A stretch of 32,000 bases of DNA from assembly GCF_000020025.1 (NCBI RefSeq), contig NC_010628.1:7290001-7322000 (forward strand), given 5' to 3'. A program made the position numbers and the translations under genes. Each line of letters starts with the position of its first letter. Positions within the stretch are counted from its first letter, which is position 1. The DNA is from Nostoc punctiforme PCC 73102 (GTDB lineage Bacteria > Cyanobacteriota > Cyanobacteriia > Cyanobacteriales > Nostocaceae). Shown piece after piece: positions 1 through 8,413 of this stretch. The notes beneath the pieces were generated by a model. It had not been told where the DNA came from and did no database searches. It saw nothing but the letters and a program-made list of their open reading frames with translations.

Positions 1-1650
1 ATTATTTTCATCAACGACTAAAATTCCATCAATTGAAGCTTCTTGTTGGGCTTTGAGTATGGCATTACTGCGGTGTAAATCTGCCTCTACTTGCTTGCGA
101 TCGTTAATGTCAGCAACCACGGCTTCAAGACAATTATCTTCCACATTTAAACGTAAGGAAAATAAGCCCCAATGAGCCTTACCGTTGCATTGATAAAACT
201 GTAGCTCAAAATTTTTGAGCGAACCTTTTTCACGCAGTTCGGTTATTATACGCTGGCGATCGCTTGGGTTTGCATAAAAATCTGTGGTAAATTTTGTGCC
301 ACCAATTAAGTCTGCTACACAACTGTAGCCTAATAGCTCGGCAAGGCGTTGATTGGCATCTAAAATCAGTCCATCATCAATTCGGCTGCGAAGGATGCCA
401 AATTGAGAGTTTTCAAACAGATTGCGAAACTTTTGCTCACTCTTGAGCAAAGCTTGTTCAGCTTGTTTACGCTCTGTAATCACACGCGCAACGCTGATCA
501 ATACCAAGTTACCATTTAGATCATTTGTTGTAGCTAAGTTAGAAGCTTGCCATTGCCAACTACCATCCTTGAGCCTAGCTCTATACTCAATTTCTAACCT
601 TTCCCCTGTTGTTACTACCCTGTTGACTGCATCTAGACAACTTGGTAAGTCATCAGGATGAATAAAATCTGCAAATGGGATACCTTCTAACTCAGTAGTC
701 TCATAGCCTGTAAGCTTGGCTAAATTGGGCGAAATATAGCTGATTCGTCCTTCTAAGTCAATCAGAGAAATAATATCATTAGAATTTTCCACAATGCGCC
801 GGAACTTAATTTCGCTTTCGCTCAAAGCTTTTTCTACTTGCTGGCGTGCAGTAATATCCCGAAAGCTCCAAACACGTCCAATAATTTTATTGCCCTGCCA
901 TTGAGGTTGAGAGTAACGCTCAAAAACACGTCCATCTTTCATTTCTATCAAATCAAAAGCTTCCTGTTCTGGGAACTTATAAAACAGTTCCTTGACTCTG
1001 GCAATAAACGCTTCAGGATCTCGCGTTTGTTCAGACATAAATTTGAATCGTTCATTATTTTGAGAAGGTAGCAACAACGATTCTGGTATTGACCACATCT
1101 GAAGAAACTTTTGATTAAAGACTGCTACATTAAAGTCCTGATTTACAACTATAATTCCATCAGCTGTAGATTCAACTGTCGCTTGCAAAAGAGATAGAGT
1201 TTCTGCTTGTTTTTGTTGTGCTAAGTAGCCTTCCCTTTCCCAATGTTTTGCTTGAGTGACATCTCGAATTACTAATATAGATGACCTATCACCTCCTGTA
1301 AGTTGGACGCAGTTGCCTGATATTTCTAAAATTAAGGAGCGATGTTTGCCGTCACGACATTCATATTCTTCTGTGATTTCATACTCTCCCCCTAACACCC
1401 TCATATTTGGATAAGACTCTGGTGCAACTTCTTCACCAGCTAGGCTTAAAAATAACAAGTCACTCAGCTTGGCATTAAGAACGAGAATATGCGATCGGTT
1501 AACCAGTTTGTCAAAAGCAGTATTGCACCATTGTATTTTGCCATCACTACCAGTCCAGACAATAGCATCAGCGATCGCCCCCAGCGCCACCTCCATCTTG
1601 CCCAAAATTGCCCGTAATTGGTTGACCAAACTAGTCAAATGTATGCTCAT
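1..1650 (-). CDS. multi-PAS/PAC sensory protein, N-terminal 550 codons (3' end runs off the window)
   Basis: My own translation of the minus strand gives a stop-free frame from ATG (complement of 1648-1650) to position 1, exactly 550 codons. A GGAGGGGAG Shine-Dalgarno-like motif lies 7-11 nt upstream. The protein has repeated PAS/PAC-like blocks, e.g. FRRIVENSNDIISLIDLEGRISYISPNLAKLTGYE, WSFRDITARQQVEKAL and VVADINDRKQVEADLHRSNAILKAQQEASIDGILVVDENN. It is missing from the ORF track, probably because it is open at the window edge. Confidence 0.85.
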   Translation of the reverse strand, partial: MSIHLTSLVNQLRAILGKMEVALGAIADAIVWTGSDGKIQWCNTAFDKLVNRSHILVLNAKLSDLLFLSLAGEEVAPESYPNMRVLGGEYEITEEYECRDGKHRSLILEISGNCVQLTGGDRSSILVIRDVTQAKHWEREGYLAQQKQAETLSLLQATVESTADGIIVVNQDFNVAVFNQKFLQMWSIPESLLLPSQNNERFKFMSEQTRDPEAFIARVKELFYKFPEQEAFDLIEMKDGRVFERYSQPQWQGNKIIGRVWSFRDITARQQVEKALSESEIKFRRIVENSNDIISLIDLEGRISYISPNLAKLTGYETTELEGIPFADFIHPDDLPSCLDAVNRVVTTGERLEIEYRARLKDGSWQWQASNLATTNDLNGNLVLISVARVITERKQAEQALLKSEQKFRNLFENSQFGILRSRIDDGLILDANQRLAELLGYSCVADLIGGTKFTTDFYANPSDRQRIITELREKGSLKNFELQFYQCNGKAHWGLFSLRLNVEDNCLEAVVADINDRKQVEADLHRSNAILKAQQEASIDGILVVDENN

Positions 1651-1806
1651 CGGCAGACTCCCCTCCGGGGAATTAAAAATGAAAAATTAAGAATTAAAAA
1701 TTGTAACTATTGGGTACAAGTCCCCAATATTAATTAAAATTTACTATTTTTAATGAAAAAAAAGGTCAATTTGTGATTTTTTTGGCGATCTATCTTCTCA
1801 TTTATT

Positions 1807-2169
1807 TTAAAGAGGACGCAACATAGCCATAAACACCCATTCTCCCTGATGTTTCTCTGCCATAATCAAATGCTCGGCTTGAATTTCTAGACCATCTTTG
1901 GTGATTCCGACTAGATGCAGTGGGTGATTGAGAATAGTAGAATTTTCTGTTGAAAGAAAGCGGGAAAAACCAAGATGGTGCGGGGCATGAAAACCTTCTG
2001 GAATAACTACTGTAATAATTTGACCATTAATTTCAGCCATGCTCCAGCCAAAAACAGAGGTAAAGCGATCGTTTACATAAGTGACAAACCCTTGTTCATC
2101 TGTAATTACAACTGGCACGTCTGTTTCTTGCTTCATGTCACTGAGGGTTTTCATCGCTGCTTTAGTCAT
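1807..2169 (-). CDS. stand-alone single PAS-domain protein (120 aa)
   Basis: ORF track 120 aa. The segment VVITDEQGFVTYVNDRFTSVFGWSMAEINGQ...GITKDGLEIQAEHLIM has the typical PAS fold signature. It is co-directional with, and 156 nt upstream of, the multi-PAS gene. Confidence 0.8.
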   Translation of the reverse strand: MTKAAMKTLSDMKQETDVPVVITDEQGFVTYVNDRFTSVFGWSMAEINGQIITVVIPEGFHAPHHLGFSRFLSTENSTILNHPLHLVGITKDGLEIQAEHLIMAEKHQGEWVFMAMLRPL

Positions 2170-2300
2170 AAAATTTTGTTATAGTTGTCCCAAAAATAGA
2201 TCGCTTTTATTAGACCTGCCTTGCAAAATTATTTTATGGTATGAGAGTAAGTTTTGTAGTTCGCACGCTCCATATTTTTAGGATTAGTGTGTAAATTATA

Positions 2301-2430
2301 GTAATCCGATTTGATTTCTGTTCGTGCAGCGTGGCTGCATGGTGCGCGTTGGCGTAGCCTCTCGTAGAGAAGCGTCTCGCAGAGAAGAGCTATACTGAAT
2401 TTTTTCAAGAATCAAATATGAGTCCTATAG
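2301..2430. repeat. dispersed repeat/MITE-like element with GC-rich core GCGTAGCNTCTCGTAGAGAAG
   Basis: Imperfect terminal inverted repeats: gtaatccgatttgatttctg at 2301-2320 and caagaatcaaatatgagtcctatag at 2406-2430. The core ggcgtagcctctcgtagagaag recurs at about 5037-5058 and about 23601-23620. Confidence 0.5.
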
Positions 2431-2570
2431 CATCTACTATTTATTCTTAAAATAATGCGATTACAGCTATTTTCAATTAATTGAACCATAAATTTTACTA
2501 GGGGCAAGGCAAGGTTCCTTACCCAAATGGCACGCGAGAGAGCGCAAACCCTTAATCTTGCTTGTCTCTT

Positions 2571-2667
2571 AATACTTGTCGGGTTTTGGGGGAAAGGGAA
2601 AAGGTTAAAGGGGAAAAACCTTATATATCAAGCCTTCCGCTCCTTTTCCCTTTAACCGAGCAGTGTT
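2571..2667. mobile_element. hairpin MITE-like repeat (GGGGAAAGGG / CCCTTT arms) just 3' of ilvD
   Basis: Ends are AATACTTGTCGG ... CCGAGCAGTGTT (imperfect inverted repeat). Internal arms are complementary (gggggaaagggaaaaggttaaagggg / ccttttccctttaacc). Related copies sit at 19745-19825, 22110-22218 and 26611-26722. Confidence 0.5.
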
Positions 2668-2677
2668 GGAATGTCTC

Positions 2678-4377
2678 TTAGTTCTGTTGTGGTTTGAACA
2701 AATCCAAATCTGTCACAGCACCGATGCTGCTAGAAGATACCAGTTTGGCATATTTCGCCAACACGCCTTTGGTGTAACGTGGAGCGGGAGGTTGCCAATT
2801 AGCACGACGACGAGCTAATTCTTCTTCAGATATATTCAACTGCAAAAGGCGTGCGGGTGCATCAATGGTAATACTATCGCCTTCTTCAACAAGCGCGATC
2901 GCACCACCCACTGCTGCTTCTGGAGCAACATGACCAACCACCATGCCATAAGTACCGCCAGAAAAGCGCCCATCGGTAATTAATCCCACCGCATCACCCA
3001 AGCCAGCCCCGATAATTGCCGAAGTGGGAGCCAACATTTCTCGCATTCCAGGGCCGCCTTTGGGCCCTTCGTAGCGAATAACCAAAATATCACCAGCTTG
3101 AATTTTACCCGCCAAAATTGCATCTAAAGAGGCTTCTTCCGACTCAAACACCCGTGCAGGCCCGGTAATGACTGGTTTTTTCACGCCGGTAATTTTAGCG
3201 ACAGCCCCTTCCGTTGCCAGATTACCTCTGAGGATGGCTAAATGTCCTTGAGCATACATCGGGTTATTCCAAGCCCGAATCACATCTTGATTGGCAGATG
3301 GCTCTTCGGGTATGTCTGCTAATATCTCTGCAATGGTTTGACCGCTAATGGTGAGACTATCACCATGCAATAAGCCATGTGCGAGTAGCATCTTCATGAC
3401 TTGCGGAATGCCACCAGCTTTGTGCAAATCTGTAGCGACATATTTACCGCTTGGTTTTAGATCGCACAAAACGGGAACACGGGCGCGGATTGTTTCAAAG
3501 TCATCTAGGGTTAACTCTACATTCGCAGCGCGGGCGATCGCTAAGAAATGCAATACTGCATTGGTCGAACCACCCACCGCCATAATCACAGAGATGGCAT
3601 TCTCTATAGATTTACGGGTGATAATTTGCCGGGGTAAGATTTGCTTCTTGATGGCTTCGACTAGCACAAAGGCTGATTTTTCCGTGCTGTCGGCTTTTTC
3701 GGCATCTTCGGCTGCCATTGTGGAAGAATAGGGTAAACTCATTCCCATCGCTTCAAATGCTGAAGACATGGTGTTAGCTGTGAACATTCCCCCGCAGGAA
3801 CCAGCGCCAGGACAAGCGCGACTTTCGACTTCTAATAATTCCTTGTCGTCAATTTTTCCCGCACTGTATGACCAACAGCTTCAAAAGAACTGACAACGGT
3901 TAAATCGCGTCCGTTGTAGTGACCGGGTTTAATTGTGCCACCGTAAACGAATATTGCCGGGATATTCATCCGCGCGATCGCTAGCATTGCGCCTGGCATA
4001 TTCTTATCACAGCCACCAATGGCTAGTACACCATCCATACTTTGTCCGGTACAGGCGGTTTCGATGGAATCGGCGATAACTTCCCGCGATACTAGGGAAT
4101 ATTTCATCCCTTCGGTTCCCATTGAAATCCCGTCGCTGATGGTAATTGTGCCAAATATTTGCGGCATTGCTCCGGCGGTTTTAATCCCAGCTTCTGCCCT
4201 CTGTGCCAGTTGATTTATCCCCATATTGCAGGGGGTGATCGTGCTGTAACCGTTGGCTATACCGACAATGGCTTTATTGAAATCTTCATCTTTAAAACCA
4301 ACTGCCCGCAGCATAGCTCGATTTGGCGATCGCTGCACTCCTTGCGTCACTACTTGGCTTCTCAAATTCTCCGACAT
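2678..4377 (-). pseudogene. ilvD: dihydroxy-acid dehydratase IlvD, split by a 1-nt deletion (or a sequencing error)
   Basis: Two track ORFs (3832-4377 as the N-terminal part, 2678-3787 as the C-terminal part) together make a full IlvD. The N-terminal frame reads ...[19 protein letters not shown]. Shifting one base after GGTCA (between 3868 and 3869) restores ...[39 protein letters not shown]..., which joins the second ORF. The total span is 1700 nt, one short of a multiple of 3. Confidence 0.9.
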
Positions 4378-4482
4378 AGTTACACCATCCTATGACTTTC
4401 ACGTATGAGTATCATAGGTAGCAATTTTTGACATGTCCAATATATATTTATGAATATTTGAGACTTATAAAATATCAAAACT

Positions 4483-4886
4483 ATGGAACTGCGACACCTG
4501 CGCTACTTCATTGCTGTAGCTGAGGAACTACACTTTATTAAAGCCGCAGAGCAACTTCACATCGCTCAACCGCCCTAAGAGGATGTTTGAAAAGTTCTTT
4601 TCTTGGTAGAAAAACGTTTTAGATCCCCCTAAATCCCCCTTAAAAAGGGGGACTTTGATTCCGGTTCCCCCCTTTTTAAGGGGGGTTAGGGGGGATCAAT
4701 AAGTGCCTAAAATCACAGCCAACCACTTTTCAAACAACCTCTAAGAGGAGCAAATTCAGCAGCTAGAAGCATCCCTTGGGGTAGTTAGTAGAAACGGCTG
4801 TAGTGTGGCGACAAGAGGATATGACACCTGTTTTACGGGAGTTTCTACAAATTGTCAGAAGTGTCTGTGGTGAATTAATCAGTTAA
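4483..4886 (+). pseudogene. LysR-family regulator relic (HTH start, MITE insertion, large internal deletion, C-terminal tail)
   Basis: The sequence from ATG 4483 gives [31 protein letters not shown], a classic LysR HTH. It is then interrupted at 4576-4748 and resumes as EQIQQLEASLGV. After about 4790 a different frame gives VVWRQEDMTPVLREFLQIVRSVCGELIS* (LysR C-terminus-like). Roughly 230 codons of the effector domain are missing. It is divergent from ilvD. Confidence 0.75.
4576..4748. mobile_element. MITE inserted in the LysR relic
   Basis: Terminal inverted repeats GAGGATGTTTGAAAAGT (left) and ACTTTTCAAACAACCTC (right) differ by one mismatch. They are flanked by a repeated CTAA(GAGG). The centre is a long G/C-run palindrome, GATCCCCCTAAATCCCCCTTAAAAAGGGGGA ... 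CCCCCCTTTTTAAGGGGGGTTAGGGGGGATC. Confidence 0.7.
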
Positions 4887-4993
4887 AAAGGCGATCGAGT
4901 TAGGGTAACAATTCATCCCCAAGTACGAAATTGATTGGTATGTTTTCTACGGCTTTTATTACTCGTCTATCAAGCATCAAAGCTGAAAACAAC

Positions 4994-5145
4994 CTCTCAG
5001 GACTTACACACGGGTAACGGAAAACGTAGACACGTTCGCGTAGCGTCTCGTAGAGAAGTGGCTTGCCGCAGGCTACCACAGAGGGCGCAGAGGTCACGGA
5101 GTAATGAGAGTTTTAGAGGTTTTTTGCGTAAATCCTATTTCTAAA
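4994..5145. repeat. second copy of the GC-rich-core dispersed repeat
   Basis: It contains cgcgtagcgtctcgtagagaag. The ends ctctcaggacttac ... gcgtaaatcctatttc are roughly inverted. The track ORFs here (4900-5097, 4935-5144) are repeat-derived. Confidence 0.45.
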
Positions 5146-5448
5146 GCTGTATCAAATCCTATTTATACCAACAGAATTGGTAATTTTTTGCTAGACAAAT
5201 GCTCTGTTTATTGGAATTTGAGGCTTTTGAGCGATAATAGCAGCTAAAAAACAACCAATTGCAAAAATAATTTGCGCTTTGCAAGCAAACTTGCAATTTC
5301 TGTGATAGTCTTTTTGTATGGGGAATCAAGATAGCGAAAGCACAAAAAGTCGTCAGAGAGAAATGATATAAACTCAAAGACCATACTTTCGCCTTGGCAG
5401 ATATAAATTAAATCCGCTACGGCTTTTTGAAACTAAGAGACAAAGCCA

Positions 5449-6582
5449 ATGAAGCAGGATAGTGACCTCCGTAATAACTTGAAGTCCATTAGAACTCGCT
5501 TAGGTATGAGCCAACAAGATTTGGCTAACATCGCTAGTGTAACTCGTCAGACTATTAGTGGTGTAGAGTCGGGATTATATGCTCCCTCTGTTGCCATAAC
5601 ACTTCGCTTGGCCAAAGCGCTTGGCTGTCAAGTTGAGGATCTATTCTGGTTAGAGCGGGATTTACCTGAAATCGAAGCCGTCCTTGCCAAACCTGTTCCT
5701 AACGATCAGCAACTACGAGTTAGCGTGGCTCGTGTAGGAGGACAATGGATAGCTTATCCCTTGATTGGTAAGGATGCTTTTCGCCAAGATATGATTCCGG
5801 CTGATGGAGAAGGTACTAGCCAAATAGGTACAAATAAAGTTCGAGTCAGGCTACTAGATGATAATCTCGACACACTTCACAACACCATTGTGATAGCTGG
5901 TTGTGCCCCTGTGATTTCACTATGGGCAAGAGCCACCGAACGCTGGCATCCCCAACTGCGAGTTCAATATAACTTCGCCAATAGCATGGCTGCATTGCAC
6001 AGTCTATGCAGAGGTGAGGCGCACATCGCTGGGATGCATTTGTACGATCCTGAAACTGGTGAGTATAATACTCCCTTTGTTCGAGATGTTCTCGCTGGGA
6101 GAGAAGCAGTTCTGATTACCCTTGGTGTTTGGGAAGAGGGACTTTTGTTGAAGCCTGGCAACCCGATGGGAATTAGAACAGTTACTGACTTAGTTGCTGG
6201 GGGAGCGACTATTGTTAACCGCGAAATAGGTTCTGGTAGTCGGATGCTTTTGGAACAAACACTCCAAAAGGAGCAGATACCGTTCGATGCTGTTCAGGGC
6301 TTTGACAATGTACTCAAAAGTCACCAGGACGTTGCCCAAGCTGTAGGATTAGGAATTGCTGATGCTGGTATGAGTACGGCATCTGTAGCTACGGCTTTTG
6401 GGCTGGGATTTATCCCTTTACATCAGTCACGATATGATTTGGTGATTCTCAAGGAATATCTAGAAGAAGCACCTGTACAGCAGTTGCTTAGTACTTTGGG
6501 ACATCGGATGGTTCACTCACAATTTGAAATTCTTGGTGGTTACGATATCAGCAAAATTGGAGAAGTTGTAGCGGCTGTTTAG
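5449..6582 (+). CDS. XRE-type HTH regulator fused to a periplasmic-binding-protein-like (ModE/oxyanion-binding-like) domain; VnfR-like
   Basis: 377 aa. The N-terminus LKSIRTRLGMSQQDLANIASVTRQTISGVESGLYAPSVAITLRLAKALGCQVEDLF is an HTH_3/XRE motif. The remaining roughly 290 aa (IVIAGCAPVISLW...HIAGMHL...IVNREIGSGSR...ADAGMSTASVA) resembles the PBP-like domain found in molybdate-responsive regulators. It is co-directional with the nifH-like gene 494 nt downstream. Confidence 0.8.
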   Translation: MKQDSDLRNNLKSIRTRLGMSQQDLANIASVTRQTISGVESGLYAPSVAITLRLAKALGCQVEDLFWLERDLPEIEAVLAKPVPNDQQLRVSVARVGGQWIAYPLIGKDAFRQDMIPADGEGTSQIGTNKVRVRLLDDNLDTLHNTIVIAGCAPVISLWARATERWHPQLRVQYNFANSMAALHSLCRGEAHIAGMHLYDPETGEYNTPFVRDVLAGREAVLITLGVWEEGLLLKPGNPMGIRTVTDLVAGGATIVNREIGSGSRMLLEQTLQKEQIPFDAVQGFDNVLKSHQDVAQAVGLGIADAGMSTASVATAFGLGFIPLHQSRYDLVILKEYLEEAPVQQLLSTLGHRMVHSQFEILGGYDISKIGEVVAAV

Positions 6583-6921
6583 AGTGGATTGCAATGGTTG
6601 GTTGTGTGCTTAAAGGAATACTTGGCGTAAATTGAAATTCCTGCTGCAACCACTCTTGAGGTATGAGCAACCTTTAGAGAATTACAACAACTGATAATGC
6701 TGAGTTCGTAATTTTTCCAGCTTGGAATATGTAGCTTTCCTTTTTCCAATTAGTATTACTACCGTTAGAGAAATCATTTGAGTGAGCGGATGGTAATACT
6801 TGCAATATTCCTTGAGTGATGTCTTATTGCTCTAGCCATTTTAGTCAGAAAAAAACAATGACTAATGGCCAACGGAAACTTACCAAAACTTGAATATGTT
6901 CTGGATTCGGACTCTTTTTGC

Positions 6922-6979
6922 TGTAGAACGAGCGCCTCCAACAACGTTCTACATAAGGCCAGTGCTGTAATTTTACAAT
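6922..6979 (+). promoter_or_regulatory. candidate operator/promoter upstream of the nifH-like gene
   Basis: Perfect 9-bp inverted repeat TGTAGAACG (6922-6930) / CGTTCTACA (6945-6953) with a 14-nt spacer. It is followed by the 12-bp palindrome TGTAATTTTACA (6966-6977), which overlaps a TACAAT -10-like hexamer (6974-6979). This lies about 100-155 nt upstream of ATG 7077. Confidence 0.3.
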
Positions 6980-7070
6980 GCGAGTACCTCCGGCACAAAG
7001 TGCGTAGTTTACCGCCGTAGGCATCGCTTCATGAATCGACAGACCCACCAAACAAACAATTGCAGGATAA

Positions 7071-8042
<972 letters not shown>

Positions 8043-8085
8043 GCTTATTCTTCAGAATCAGGTGCTAAATACAAAGTAAATATTA

Positions 8086-8106
8086 GGTGGGCTATTCTCG
8101 CCCACC
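8086..8106 (+). terminator. GC-rich stem-loop 44 nt after the nifH-like stop
   Basis: GGTGGGC-tattctc-GCCCACC (7-bp stem, 7-nt loop). The downstream sequence ttctcacc is not a clean U-tract, so this could be an RNA-stabilising or processing hairpin rather than a terminator. Confidence 0.3.
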
Positions 8107-8413
8107 TTCTCACCAATCATTTAAAATGGAGGTAGTCGAATAGCTAATCTTAACTCTGCGCGTTTCTTTTTCACCGTGCTAATACTAATCAACTAACGTG
8201 TACAGGACAACATTAATAATTTAATAGTCTAGTTCATGTTTTTGTTTTCTCCTTCTCTAACCTAGATGATGTTTATGTTTTAGGGGATGGGAAATTCTCT
8301 TTCTCATTCCCTTTTCTGCATCTTTAGATACCACGGTGAATAAATGAAAATCCTCTTCAGCCTTTGGGAATTCAGCTAATATCTAAAAATTTTTACCTAT
8401 TGTCACCAAACAA

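Noticed and set aside
422-1690. Plus-strand track ORFs 422-661, 838-1071 and 1469-1690
   Set aside because: They are antisense to the continuous 550-codon PAS-sensor frame on the minus strand.
5159-5377. 72-aa minus-strand ORF upstream of the regulator gene
   Set aside because: It is Cys/Phe/Tyr-rich, of low complexity, and lies in an AT-rich promoter region partly made of repeat sequence. It is likely spurious.
6989-6994. DIF1-like heterocyst promoter motif (TCCGGA) upstream of the nifH-like gene
   Set aside because: The sequence is TCCGGC, one mismatch from the motif, and without a mapped TSS its spacing is unknown. The evidence is insufficient.
8171-8341. 9-bp inverted repeat TTCACCGTG / CACGGTGAA about 150 nt apart in the nifH-nifE spacer
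   Set aside because: A rough expectation for a 9-mer inverted match within a 370-nt region is not negligible, on the order of a few tenths. The arms are far apart, so this is probably chance.
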